From positions 17,331,124 to 17,385,939 of the forward strand of contig NC_068997.1 in assembly GCF_001194135.2 (NCBI RefSeq): a DNA stretch of 54,816 nucleotides, read 5' to 3'. The position numbers were made by a program, and so were the translations under genes. The DNA comes from Octopus bimaculoides. Lineage: Eukaryota. The notes under the pieces are model-generated. The model ran no database searches. It saw only the letters and a list, made by a program, of their open reading frames with translations, and had not been told where the DNA came from. Positions 1 through 14,207 of this stretch are shown in pieces; the stretch's first letter is position 1, and every line of letters begins with the position of its first letter.

Positions 1-263
1 CCTCCTCATCATAATCATCTTCATCATCTTCAACATCATCGTTTTCATCGTCTTCATCGTCATCATCATCGTCTTCATCGTCATCATCATCGTCATCATC
101 ATCATCATCATCGTCATCATCATCATCGTCATCATCATCATCATCGTCATCATCATCATCATCGTGATCGTTATAGTCGTTGTCTTCGTCATCATCGTCA
201 TTATCGTCATCTCCTCCTCCTCCCCCTCCTCATCTTCATCCTCATCATCATCGTCATCAAAAA

Positions 264-299
<36 letters not shown>

Positions 300-445
300 A
301 ATGAGCAGCAGCAACAGTAGCAGTAGTAGCAGTAGCCTCTTCGTCATTATGGTTGTCGTCGTCGTCATTTCTATCACTATCGCTTTCTGCAACTTCTCAT
401 CATCATCATCATCGTCATCATCATCATCATCATCATCATCATCAN
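1..445. repeat. Imperfect (CAT)n/(CGT)n trinucleotide microsatellite
   Basis: Runs of catcatcat and cgtcat directly visible; ends at an N gap. Confidence 0.95.
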
Positions 446-1492
446 NNNNNNNNNATATATATACACATGTTCCTATATCGTGGGTTTCCACATATTTTGT
501 TCACTAAATTGTTCTCACACATGCAAGTTAACATGTTGATAAGGACGAAACACCTTTTCTATATGACAAACATGCATACAAACACGCAATACACAAACAC
601 ACGCTCGCACACGCACACACGGTCGCACACGCACACACGTTGACCAACGAGGTCATCCATATTTCGTGGAGATAGTTTTAAATCGATCAACTAAGCCTTT
701 TCCAACTCCTAAAACCAACTTAGATGGGGATGAGATCCCGACTGGAACTTGTATGATTACGTATTATATAAATTCGATGTCTTCACAAATTGTTAAACAT
801 CTCATTATCATTAATAACTCTGTTTTCAGAATGACATACATGAAAAGAAAAATGAAATTGAATTGTTGCATTTCACTTTTTTTTACGAAGGGTGATTCAA
901 ATTAAGTTTTAGTTTACACGGGTATTGGGAAGCTCGTATATTCTAAAATTTATTTATTGTTTCCTCATTAAATCTGACACTTTATGCCAAGTGAAGTTCA
1001 GAAAAATCAACAACCACATCTTTCTAGAGATCATCGGAAACACACAAGTTTTAAATTAAGCTATATGGAAAGTTGAAAATACGAAAATATAATAAAAAAA
1101 CAAAACAAAGGAAAAGATGAACAGTGACAATCATAACAAACAGAAACAGTGATGNNNNNNNNNNNNNNNNNNNNNNNNNNNNNNNNNNNNNNNNNNNNNN
1201 NNNNNNNNNNNNNNNNNNNNNNNNNNNNNNNNNNNNNNNNNNNNNNNNNNNNNNNNNNNNNNNNNNNNNNNNNNNNNNNNNNNNNNNNNNNNNNNNNNNN
1301 NNNNNNNNNNNNNNNNNNNNNNNNNNNNNNNNNNNNNNNNNNNNNNNNNNNNNNNNNNNNNNNNNNNNNNNNNNNNNNNNNNNNNNNNNNNNNNNNNNNN
1401 NNNNNNNNNNNNNNNNNNNNNNNNNNNNNNNNNNNNNNNNNNNNNNNNNNNNNNNNNNNNNNNNNNNNNNNNNNNNNNNNNNNNNNNNNNNN

Positions 1493-1893
1493 TTACGTGT
1501 TTCAGTTATTGGACTGCAGCCATGACGGTGCACAGTTTTGAAGAATTTTTGTCATAGACCGATTCCAGTATTTAATATTCATTTAAACCTGATACTTATT
1601 GTATCGTCTGTTTTGCAGAACCGCTAAGCTGCAGCAACATAAACACAGGTATACCGGTAGTTAAGCAGTGGTGCATAACATACATACACACACAAACATA
1701 CACACACACACGCACAAACTACACACATATCTATAATACAGACGTCATTCAGTTTCCGTTCACGAAACCACTCACAAGGCTTTAGCCGGGCCGAGGCTCC
1801 AGTAAAATCTCTTGCCCAAAGACATCGTGTTCTGATTCGATCGTGGTCCGGCTTTGTGGTTGGGAAGCAAACTTCATAGTACTGAATCACACC
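1493..1893 (-). mobile_element. SINE family A, degenerate near-full-length copy
   Basis: Shares blocks with the reverse complement of the copy at 24085 (ttcagtttccgt, ccactcacaaggc, cttgcccaa, gcagaaccgctaag, ggactgcagccatg). Confidence 0.75.
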
Positions 1894-3506
1894 TCTAAGT
1901 ATGTATGCGTATACAACATATTCCATGCTTATGTCTTTAAACTGCATCTAGTGTGAGGCGTTGTTTCGAAAATTCTAGGGTTTTCAGAAGTGGGGAACCA
2001 CTTCTTAAATACTGCTGTTTCCAAGTCTACTCTAACCCAAAACAGTAGCACATCTGAAGGTCTCAGTTATGTGGCAACTTGCGTATTTCATGAGATTTCG
2101 TCAAAATGCAAGAACTCAGAAAAATCCTTGGCTGTTGGTAGGTCGTGCAGAAAAGCCACTGAGTATGATGGATTACATGCTCTTGTCGTAGCGTTTTTGT
2201 AGAACATTCATCAATATCATCATCATCATTATCTTCATTATCGTCATCGTCGCCATCGTCGTCGTCATCATCATCCTGCCCTCTTCTCTTCCTTCTCCCC
2301 TCCCCCNNNNNNNNNNNNNNNNNNNNNNNNNNNNNNNNNNNNNNNNNNNNNNNNNNNNNNNNNNNNNNNNNNNNNNNNNNNNNNNNNNNNNNNNNNNNNN
2401 NNNNNNNNNNNNNNNNNNNNNNNNNNNNNNNNNNNNNNNNNNNNNNNNNNNNNNNNNNNNNNNNNNNNNNNNNNNNNNNNNNNNNNNNNNNNNNNNNNNN
2501 NNNNNNNNNNNNNNNNNNNNNNNNNNNNNNNNNNNNNNNNNNNNNNNNNNNNNNNNNNNNNNNNNNNNNNNNNNNNNNNNNNNNNNNNNNNNNNNNNNNN
2601 NNNNNNNNNNNNNNNNNNNNNNNNNNNNNNNNNNNNNNNNNNNNNNNNNNNNNNNNNNNNNNNNNNNNNNNNNNNNNNNNNNNNNNNNNNNNNNNNNNNN
2701 NNNNNNNNNNNNNNNNNNNNNNNNNNNNNNNNNNNNNNNNNNNNNNNNNNNNNNNNNNNNNNNNNNNNNNNNNNNNNNNNNNNNNNNNNNNNNNNNNNNN
2801 NNNNNNNNNNNNNNNNNNNNNNNNNNNNNNNNNNNNNNNNNNNNNNNNNNNNNNNNNNNNNNNNNNNNNNNNNNNCTACCACCATCATAACCATCACTGC
2901 CCTCGTCTTTAAACAAGGACAACCGAAATATTTAATGAAAATAATCTTTCCAACATAACAAATTTCTCAAAGGAAGCAATTTTTAATTCCTCTATTTTTA
3001 TGTTATTTCATTTTGTATTTCATTTACTTACGTTTCTCCGAGTTTTCTTACATCTTTATTTATTTTTTTTTCTTTCTCTATTTACTCCATCATATTCTTC
3101 ATTTATTTCTCTCCTCTCTTTCGGTTTTGGTCTCAGTTTTCTCGTTAGTAAATATAAAGTGTAATGTTTCTTCCTTTAGAAAACTGAAGCAGATGAAAGC
3201 CGTTTTTCTCCTCAGGCTAACGTATTATTAATGCTACTTGGAAACAAAATATCCAGCTCTGGAGAACGAGGTTTTTGGCGGCGTTACAACCAAGAACAAT
3301 AGCAAAGAGGATCTCCTGCACGCTCTATTGTATCACACAGCGATATATGAAGGCTATATAGAAATTAGGTTTCGGGGCAAATTGTTCTCTATTTGTAGTT
3401 GTTGGAGTTGCAGTTTCTCATTGTTAAAGGTTTATTAAGACTGGAAAATTAATAACGTAGCAATGAAGATAATTCTAATGAATGTGGTCATATGATCATA
3501 TGATAT

Positions 3507-3561
<55 letters not shown>

Positions 3562-4503
3562 NNNNNNNNNNNNNNNNNNNNNNNNNNNNNNNNNNNNNNN
3601 NNNNNNNNNNNNNNNNNNNNNNNNNNNNNNNNNNNNNNNNNNNNNNNNNNNNNNNNNNNNNNNNNNNNNNNNNNNNNNNNNNNNNNNNNNNNNNNNNNNN
3701 NNNNNNNNNNNNNNNNNNNNNNNNNNNNNNNNNNNNNNNNNNNNNNNNNNNNNNNNNNNNNNNNNNNNNNNNNNNNNNNNNNNNNNNNNNNNNNNNNNNN
3801 NNNNNNNNNNNNNNNNNNNNNNNNNNNNNNNNNNNNNNNNNNNNNNNNNNNNNNNNNNNNNNNNNNNNNNNNNNNNNNNNNNNNNNNNNNNNNNNNNNNN
3901 NNNNNNNNNNNNNNNNNNNNNNNNNNNNNNNNNNNNNNNNNNNNNNNNNNNNNNNNNNNNNNNNNNNNNNNNNNNNNNNNNNNNNNNNNNNNNNNNNNNN
4001 NNNNNNNNNNNNNNNNNNNNNNNNNNNNNNNNNNNNNNNNNNNNNNNNNNNNNNNNNNNNNNNNNNNNNNNGTGGTGGTGGTGGTGGTGGTGGTGTTTTG
4101 GTGGTGTTTTGGTGGTGGTGGTGGTTTGGTGGCGGTTGTGGTTGTGGTGGTGGTGATGATGATGATGATGATGAGGGATGGATGCGACAATGTTGATGCT
4201 GTGAATGATACGAAAGAATAGTATTTGTAGCGTTATGTTCCAGGAGCCAGCCTTTATGTTTCAGGAGTTTGTACGAATGGCATTTGATCTGCTAGAAATA
4301 CCAGCGAAATTAAACGCATCTTAATACAGACAGGATCTTTTATAAGACATTCGAAATATCTAAAAATAGATAAACAAATAAATAAAACATTATTGATATG
4401 AATTTGTTGTTTCTCACGACCACCGCCATCACTACAACCATCACCGTTACCATCGTGATTGTCGCCTATATATATGCATACGTATATGGAGATATTTACA
4501 CAC

Positions 4504-4553
<50 letters not shown>

Positions 4554-5159
4554 GTATATGGATATATTTATACATACACATTCATAGTCATGTATATATA
4601 CGCATGTATGTATAAATATTTGCCTGTTTATAAACTACATGTTACATTGAACACAAATCATTAGAACACTGAATGTGTATTTTTAATTAATTTCAAATTA
4701 CTTAGCAACAAATTGCACTACCTTTCAATCCGCACCTATTCTTGAAGCAATGAATTCGTAGGATTTCCAAGGAGTGAAAAAGAGATAATGTGAAACAGAA
4801 TCCAGATGGAATTCACGTTATGAACAATTAATATGTCGCGTATTATTGGAACTTCGCAAAATTCTTAATCAGAGCGATAAAATAATAATGTAGAGAGTAG
4901 GCAAAGGGGAGAGAAAGGGAGGATCAATTGAGAAAGAGAGATTTACAAATAGAAATACGGAGAGTGTGCATGTGAAAGCAATTTTATAACGTTCTAATGG
5001 CTAATGATTCGAGAGTAATTATGCGTCAGTCTTTCGGTGAGATTTAAAACGTTGATCAAATAAGGGACAATTGGAATAGAACAAGATATCTATCTATCTA
5101 TCTATCTATCCACACACACACACACACACACACACANNNNNNNNNNATATATATATATA

Positions 5160-6074
5160 TATGCAATGTCTGTTTGAAAACTATTGGGACTGGGTGAATT
5201 GAGTGAGCTATGGATACAAGAAGACTAAGCTGTTTATGTTATCATCTAACATCATATCTTGGGACTATATTACTATCATCTTAACATTTTGAAATCATTG
5301 CATATTTTTTTTTTACATACTTTTGTTTACACCTCTTTCTTTTCAGATCTTTCAGCTATGAGCTCTCGGAAACAAACGATGAACACCGAGAAATGAATAG
5401 ACATGAAACTTTTGGTCCCGTTGGGGAAAACTTTGTCACAAGAACTTGAAATGCTTTACCAAGTGCATGAAAATAATTTCACGTCACACACCCGTGTTTT
5501 TGTGTGGCACAAGAGTTTCAAAGAGAGGGGTGAGGAGATAGATGTCTCTAGGAGCAGCAGGCCTTCAATAAGAAGGACTGCGGTCAACGTCGCGCGGCCA
5601 ATCAGCAAATCAACAAAGAGATCCTTTGGCGTCTCTGCTTCGCTCAGTGCGCGAGAAGCGACGAGAATTGTGACAGGACAAATCGAGGTTGCGTCACCAC
5701 GAGAATGCATCTGTTCAAAAGGCCCTGGGCAACCGGAAGCCCCTGGCTGAGAAGAAGAACGACGTTCTCGAACGACCTCCCTATTAATCTGATCTTGCTC
5801 CGTACGACTATTTTCTTTTCCCCAAGCTCAAAGGGATCATCAAGGGGACCCGTTTTGAAGGCATGGAGGCTATCAAGGGGACCGTAACGATGTAGCTAGG
5901 GAGCATCTCAAATGAATCCTTCTGGCAGTGCAAAGAAGCGTGGCAGAGAAGTAAGGAAAAGTGCATCAGACTCGAGGGCGATTACCTTGAAGAGGAAACC
6001 ATGAAGATTGTTGTTTGAAATTGAAATAACTCGTATGTGACACCAGTCCCGTTACTTTTCAGACAAAGCTCATA
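5160..6074 (+). mobile_element. Internally deleted mariner (DD34D) DNA transposon with both TIRs
   Basis: N-terminal HTH-like peptide (MKLLVPLGKT...RVFVWHKSFKERGEE...SSRPS) is joined to a C-terminal catalytic part (HHENAS...ERPPY*SDLAPYDYFLFPKLKGIIKGTRF...KCIRLEGDY). There are 34 residues between E (degenerate D) and D. TIR cores 5171-5193 and 6043-6065 match at 19/23 as inverted repeats. In-frame stops are present. Confidence 0.9.
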
Positions 6075-6109
6075 AATGTGAGTGTGTTACGTATTACTGT
6101 GTATGTATG

Positions 6110-6169
<60 letters not shown>

Positions 6170-7035
6170 ATACGAGTGGGTGTCTGTGCCAGTGTATTTG
6201 TGTGTGTGTGTCTACGTACATACTGACACACATATATATTCATCGTTGTAAAAGTGTTCTTCCTTGTATTCTTCCCTAATGTTCATCTTACCGTATAAGA
6301 CCATACACATTGCCTCGTCGTATGTACTTTGGTTCGTTATCACAACATCATGATATCTGAAGAGAACAGAGTGGGCTATTCAAATCATATTCCTCTAGTC
6401 TGAATGCTGGTGAACATTTTTCTCCCACTAAAAATCAGATCCAGTAACTTATGTCATTGAGTGGAAGGGACTAGCTGTAGAGCTATGTCCGTGTTTCCTC
6501 CCCATTGCGAGAGGTCCTAAAGTGCAGAATTATTAACTAGACTTTTGTAACATAATTCATTAGGTATTTCACATTTTAAATCAATCCGACAGGCTTCCAT
6601 TCAGTTTTCGTCCACTAAACTTCACAGACAAATACATGAATAGTAAAAAGAAATCAATAAATATGTTCAGTGGGAAAAGTAACAGATAAAATCTGATACA
6701 CAGCGCTGCTGACCTGATTTCGATGCCCGTTAGAAAACAATTCACTTTTTTTGAAAGCTACAAATGGAATTACTGAATATTATTTTTTTTTTCTCTCCTT
6801 TGTTTAATACTTACTCGAAGGAAAGCAACGTCTGTCCTATTGTCGCACCGAAGCAGTATTTTACAGAACATTACGTATTCTTAATACAGGTTGATGAATT
6901 GCGAAGACACATTAAATATTCTAAATCTAAATAGGATTTCCCCTTGACAACAACTAAAGTAAAAAGCGTGCATGAGAGAAAGAATTGAATATACATACAT
7001 ACATATATATATGTATATTTATATATATATTCACG

Positions 7036-7079
<44 letters not shown>

Positions 7080-7479
7080 CGTGTGTGTGTGTGTGCGTAT
7101 GTATACATATGCCCATATATATATATGAATATATTTAAGCATGTATATATACATATATACACGCATACACACATACACACATAAGTACAGAGAGCGAAAG
7201 AGGGAGAGAGAGAGAGACAGACAGACAGAGAGACAGAGAGACAGACAGACTGGAAGTCATAAAGAAAGAAAGAACAAAAGAAAGAATGAAAGGAGGGAGG
7301 GGATAGTGAAAGAAAATGGAAAGCGGGAGGTGCTCAGAACCCATATAAATATAACATTATACAAGAGAATATCATTTTATATCTAGACAAATGAAGGTGT
7401 AATGGCAGAGAATATTTTCTATTCATGTTCTTAACAAAAAGCAAGAAAGATAAAAAGCGACATATCATTATTATCATCA

Positions 7480-7523
<44 letters not shown>

Positions 7524-8546
7524 AACAATAATAATAATGATTATATAAAAAGAAGCGAAAAATAAAAATGCCAAATAATAATAATAATAATAAAAAAAAG
7601 AATAGAAAAGATTATTCGCATATTATAGCTCTTATTTCCTTAGACAGCTAATGAGATATGCAATTATTAATCTTGTCTTAGATGGGTTTCAGTCATTTGA
7701 TATAGTTAATGGTTCTTCGGAATTGCTGTTCAAAGTATTAAGACGGCAAAAGTCTGTAAATGTCACATTGCGAGCGGCATATAGAGAAAATGGAGTGCCA
7801 TTGCAATAAATTCTTCAATAGAAATTTTGTAATATATATTAAAAATGTTTCCTTTGTACAAATACCAGACTGAAATCTATTAGGAACAAGACGTATTCAT
7901 GTAATAATTTTCCATGTTAGAAAATGGAATGTGGAATTGATTATTTTTTAATGACAGAAATCATGTAATAGAAGATAGAATTTTGAATTTTGAATGTCTG
8001 CTGAGGGAAAAACATGTGTATGTAAATAAGCATCTATGATCATGATTAATATTATTAGCACATGGTTGAACTCTTACGTTATCATGCTTGCGTGCCAGAA
8101 ACTGGATTCCTAGTTCGATCCTATCTTGATCAGGTGTCTTCAACTATAATCTGGTTTTCCCCTCAAAGATAGACGTGAAAATATGTGAAAGGTATTTGAA
8201 TTTTATTTCTATGCAATTGTATGGTTCATGCTCGTTCTGCACTGCGTTGTAGTGAGGCTGCCTGTGGGCAACATCCTGAACACATACGTGTGTAAGAATA
8301 TACAACCACTTACACTGTAATATCATGGATATATGGCACATACATTTCCGCTTCCGAAGAAAACTCATGCAAACATTAGTCTAAACCGACACGACACGAT
8401 GAGGAGTGCTAATAAAAAAATCAATAAACGTATTATTAAACAATATTATAACAATATTTTCAAACTTATATTCAAATGTATGTATTGCTAAATGGATGTA
8501 ATAAACCGACGCTCTTTTTAACCAATGAATAGTAAAAATGTAATAA

Positions 8547-8770
8547 GTGCGCTGAACTGGCAGAATTGTTGTCACGCCAGTTGTAACGCTTAGCGGCATT
8601 TCGTCCGTTTTCTCGCTCTGATTTCAAATTCCGCCGAGGTCGAATATGCCTTTTATCCCTCCGAGGTCGGTAAAACAAATACCAGTTTAGCACCGGGGTT
8701 TATGTATTTCGTATTTATTTTACCCCCTCCCCCAAAAATGCTGGCGCCGTACCAAAATTTGAAACCAATA
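8547..8770 (+). mobile_element. SINE family B, degenerate, tail type 2
   Basis: gaactggcagaatt...ttcaaattccgccgaggtcga...taccagtt, similar to the copies at 9987 and 14208; tail ccccctcccccaaaa. Confidence 0.75.
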
Positions 8771-8978
8771 CTAGAAACTTAGTGGAATAAATCTTTTAGC
8801 TCTAATGATAATTCTTGCCAACGAAGATAGGAAAGGCAACTCTGATATCCAGATTAATTATCATTATGATAAGAATATTTCATGCAGATAATGCTTTGAA
8901 TTCACAAAAAGCTTTAAGCTTCAGTTTCAAAACATATGAATGTTTAGAAATATATATTTCGTCTATTTATATAAGTTG

Positions 8979-9780
8979 TTTACGTTTGCTGAAATATAGG
9001 GTGTCACATGGTCTCGGGCTGTATCCTTCTCAGCACTAAAAATGGGTTTCTTTTGGCCACGATAACAGTTGATCCTTGTAGATAGCACTGATTAGAGCGA
9101 CGTTGTCCTGGAAACTGTCACACGGACTGATAATCATCTTAGTGTCATTGAGACAAAAGGCCAGTCACTCTATGCACTACCCCTCATATTCTAGAGAGAT
9201 TAACCATCATCATCATCATCATCATCATCATCACTATTATACACATACTCTTTTCCGAATGACAACATGGGTTTAGATTACTACATTACAACCGACTCTA
9301 CTCACAAATCACTGAAAAAAACCCATGACGTGTTATTGAATATAACAGGGTTTAACCAACTTCCCGCGACGTGGCCAAATTTTTCTTGTTTATTCTGTAA
9401 TAACTTTTCATGTCAAAATTATTCAATAACACCAGAATAATGCTGGCTCTCAGTTTACAAATCAAGCTACAAAGACAATGTAGTGAAACGTATTAACACC
9501 AGAAGACAAGGTCCAGTCACGCTACCCATGCTTCTCAACCTATATCTACACTAGCTTCTGAAACTTGCACACAACAGAGAGTTCCCTAAACCTAGAACAT
9601 CACACTCACAACTTTACGTTTGCTGAAATATAGGGTGTCACATGATCTCAGGCTGCATCCTTCTCAGCACAAAAAATGGGTTTCTTCTGTCCACGATAAC
9701 ATCTGATCCTTGTAGATAGCAATGATTGGAGTGAGGTTGTCCTGAAAACTGTCGCACGGGCTGAAATATAGGGTGTCACA
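8979..9780 (+). repeat. Local direct repeat of a 138-bp unit (8989-9126 and 9623-9760) plus a 20-bp restart at 9761-9780
   Basis: Manual alignment gives 15 mismatches in 138 bp, with a shared 10-bp lead tttacgtttg. Confidence 0.9.
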
Positions 9781-9986
9781 ACTCTACTTCCTACAACTAT
9801 TCTTCAAACATTTCTACTCTAAAACTGTAACATTTACTTAAACCAACAAGAAATCTTAATCGAGAATATTACAGAACAAAGGGCCTACCAGATCAAGTGT
9901 CACATTTCTTACCAGCAACAACAAAGATGGCTTACTTCGAACAAATTATCATACACATCAATATAATATAATATAATAATATTAAA

Positions 9987-10210
9987 GGGCGGTGAGCTAG
10001 CAGGATCGTTAGCACGCCGGGCGAAATGCTTAGTGGTATTTCGTCTGCCGTTACGATTTGAGTTCAAATTCCGCCGAGGTCAACTTTGCTTTTTATCTTT
10101 TCGGGGTCGTGTAAATAAGCACCAGTTACGCACTGGGGTCGATGTAATCAACTCAATCCCTTTGTCTGTTCTTGTTTGTCCCCTCTATGTTTAGCCCCTT
10201 GTAGGCAAAA
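9987..10210 (+). mobile_element. SINE family B, full monomer, tail type 1
   Basis: tRNA-like head ggcggtgagctagcaggatcgttagc with B-box-like gagttcaaattcc; tail tttgtctgttcttgtttgtcccctctatgtttagcccc is shared with 14208-14436. Confidence 0.9.
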
Positions 10211-11047
10211 ATATATATATATATATATAATTATATTACGCACACACACACACACACACACACACACCCACACACACAATAATACTAATAACACTAAGAG
10301 CTATATATTATTTCACACATTTACAGCACATACAGAAGACAACACTGAAAACAAAATGCCGAACAAAACTTTCTTAAAGCAATCGTAGACACCACACTTG
10401 TTCAACATGGTGTACAAATGATGTATTAGAGACATCATGTTGTATGCGAATATTGCTTGCTTCCGCAAACCTATATGTGGTAAACTACAACAAACTATAA
10501 AGAACACAAAACAGTTGATTTACGTACTTAAACTGAGGTTCTGTATTATATACATACATACATATATGATTGGAGACTAATGATTTATACGATCTGCGCA
10601 CGTATTCTAGAAAGTAATACTTGGTCTACGGTAAGATATGAGGCCACGTCCTCTTACATTTAAACTCCGAGTTCTTGCAAATATCACTGGGAATGAGTGT
10701 AATTTCTATTATCTTGTTCCCTTGAAAAATACTAGCTTATCTATGTCAGTATATTTTCTCACATAGCTTTTTTTATGCATACATATAAAGATGCACATAT
10801 ATCTATATTGTGAATATGCAGAGGTGCATATCAATGGGAGTATAGGAAAATGCGTAGGCTAGTTTACTTGCTGTCACACTCCGCTAAATACTTGAGTAAT
10901 TAGTTTTGCCGGACAAAAGGTTATAATTCAACCGTTTGAAATAGAAATTGTTGCAGAGATAACATAGCTATTTATATATTGCATATTGCATGAATATTGT
11001 TATCATTGTCTGTGAACAGAAGACAGGGATACATATGTATGTATATA

Positions 11048-11096
<49 letters not shown>

Positions 11097-11121
11097 AAAA
11101 TATATAAACACACTCGCACAG

Positions 11122-11154
<33 letters not shown>

Positions 11155-11406
11155 CAGAGATATATACACATTCACATGGACACAGATATACACACATGTA
11201 TGATGTATATACATAATTCATAGATAGATATTGGAGATATAGAGATGATGATATACGTATAAGTATATAGATGCATACACGCACACACACACGCATATAT
11301 ATTCATACATAGATACGTGAATATATATACACATACATATATATATATTTATACATATATATATATATATATATATACCCATGTGTGTGTGAGTGTGTAT
11401 GTATGT

Positions 11407-11438
<32 letters not shown>

Positions 11439-11735
11439 TTATATATATATAAATTGCATTCAATGATCATCTAAGCATTCATTGAGCGCTTTTGTGATTA
11501 TCTCTTGTGTTTCTACTTATGATCGTAATTATTAAGAGTGACAATACTCTTCTCTTCGTCTATGGCTGCCATTAGATTTATTATCTTCAATCTGCAATCT
11601 GTGTCATCGCCATTACCTACTCCATCAATACATTCAGCTATTTACCCGCATGATTAATAACGAGACAGATTAGCAGCGAAACATATACATAGATGTATAA
11701 GTATATATACATATATGTGTGTGTGTATGCATATA

Positions 11736-11803
<68 letters not shown>

Positions 11804-12104
11804 TAAATACATCAAATAATGCGAGATATAAGAAAGGAAGTAAGAAACAAAGAAGGAAAAATATGAAAGAAAAACTGTTTGAAAGAAAGGAATAAACAAT
11901 AAAATGATTTTGTGAGTGGGTGAATGAATATCGAGTGAGTTGGCGAGCCTTGTGAGAGCATATGCACGTGAGGAAGAGATTCTCCGAGAGAGGATTTTGA
12001 GTACGAGTGCAGGAAGTAGAATGCATATAGAGGGGAAACAAAGACATGGAAAGAGACAATGAAAGTAAATGGAAAAAGAGAATGAAGTGAGATGGTTGAG
12101 AAAG

Positions 12105-12555
<451 letters not shown>

Positions 12556-12626
12556 CACAAACATACACACTTACAAACTCACACATACGTAGATATTTAG
12601 TACACACGCACATTCACATAAGTAAT

Positions 12627-13045
12627 CTTTTATACTTTTACTTGTTTCAGTCATTTGACTGAGGCCGCTGGAGCACTACTTTGAAGAATTTTAAGTCACA
12701 TGTACCGATCCTAGTACTAATTTTTGCTTTTACGCCTGGTACTTATTCTCTCGGTCTCTGTTGCAGAGCTGCTAAGTTGCGGGGACTTAAACACACAAGC
12801 ACCGGTGGTCAAGCATTGGTGGGAGAACAAACACGAAGACACGCACCCATAGATAGATATATAAATATATATATATATATACGACGGACCTCTTTGCGTT
12901 TCCGTTTACCAAGTACACTCACAAGGCCTTGGTCTGCCCGAAGCTATAGTAGAAGACACTACCCCAAGCTGACATGCAGTTGGACTAAACCCCAAATCAT
13001 GTGCTTTGGAAGAAGCCTCTTACCTCACAGCCACGCCTGCGCCTA
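12627..13045 (-). mobile_element. SINE family A, near-full-length
   Basis: Collinear with the reverse complement of 24085-24490, from the tail (ttttacttgtttcagtcatttgact) to the head (cacagccacgcctgcgcct). Confidence 0.9.
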
Positions 13046-13404
13046 TACATATGCTTATATTTTATATATGGATAGAGATATATATGGGAATACGCATGTA
13101 TGTGTGCACAAATCATAAACACAATATGCAGTTTATTAAGATTACAGATTTTATTTATTATCGTTATCAAATGAATGATATCTATTGATCCCTGTAAAAA
13201 TACTGAAGTAATTTCACTGAAATTCCTTCACGGAAGTCCTGAAGGTAGGAAAATATCAGATAAGACAAAAATTTCAGTGTCTAGAAATATTCATCTGTAT
13301 GTTAAAAGTATTTATACATTAAATTTATCGGAAGTTATTCGCTTTCAAATTGTGGCACATGGCCAGCAAATTCGGGTGAAGCTACAAATCGATTAGTGAG
13401 ACAC

Positions 13405-13550
13405 TAGTATTGAATTCATTCTTATTTTGTCCACCGTGAAACGCTGAAAGCCAAAGTCGACCAGGGCGAAAATTGAACTCAGTGTGTATAGCCGGGTGGA
13501 ATGACGCTAAGCATTTTGTCAGGCGTGCTAATGATTGTGATACCGCGCCA
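13405..13550 (-). mobile_element. SINE family B, degenerate 5' part
   Basis: Reverse complement reads attagcacgcctgacaaaatgcttagc...ctgagttcaattttcgccctggtcgactttggctttc. Confidence 0.7.
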
Positions 13551-14043
13551 ATCCTTTTTTTTTTTTTTTACTAGAAACTATTAAAAATCAAAATTTAAAA
13601 CAAAAAAGGAAACGGGAACATACAAAAGAAATTCGCAGAGTGTTTTCGAACATTGTAGAAATAGAATAATTTTCTACAGAAATATAAGCAACTATCAAAG
13701 TTTGCGTTCGAATCTGCCACGATATAGTAAAAAGAAATATACAAGTCATCGTTTCAAATCTCGCAGCACACTGTACAATGAGCGATTTTGATGAAACAGG
13801 GACAACTGAAGAAAGGGTATATTCTTTATGTTGCATATCTCGTTTCTCTGTTTGTTTTTTTTCCTTGTTCGAAAAAAAAGGTCGTTTTCTATATTTTCGT
13901 TTTCATGTTTTCGTTTCTCATTGTGTTTAACGTTTTTCAGATGTCCTGTACCCATATATGCATGTATATATACCTATACAGGTAGGTATGTACATATATG
14001 TATGTATACATGCATTATTTATATTATATATATATATACATAG

Positions 14044-14109
<66 letters not shown>

Positions 14110-14207
14110 ATATATATATAACAGTTATTCGTTATTAAAAAATTAAAATTGAAAACTGTTCCGCCTCATTTAACTATATAGTTCCGTCATTATTTACTCA
14201 GACTAAT

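Noticed and set aside
3178-3300. Possible plus-strand terminal exon KTEADESRFSPQ...RYNQEQ* after a tttcttcctttag acceptor
   Set aside because: Short, with no recognisable homology and no supporting upstream exon in the window.
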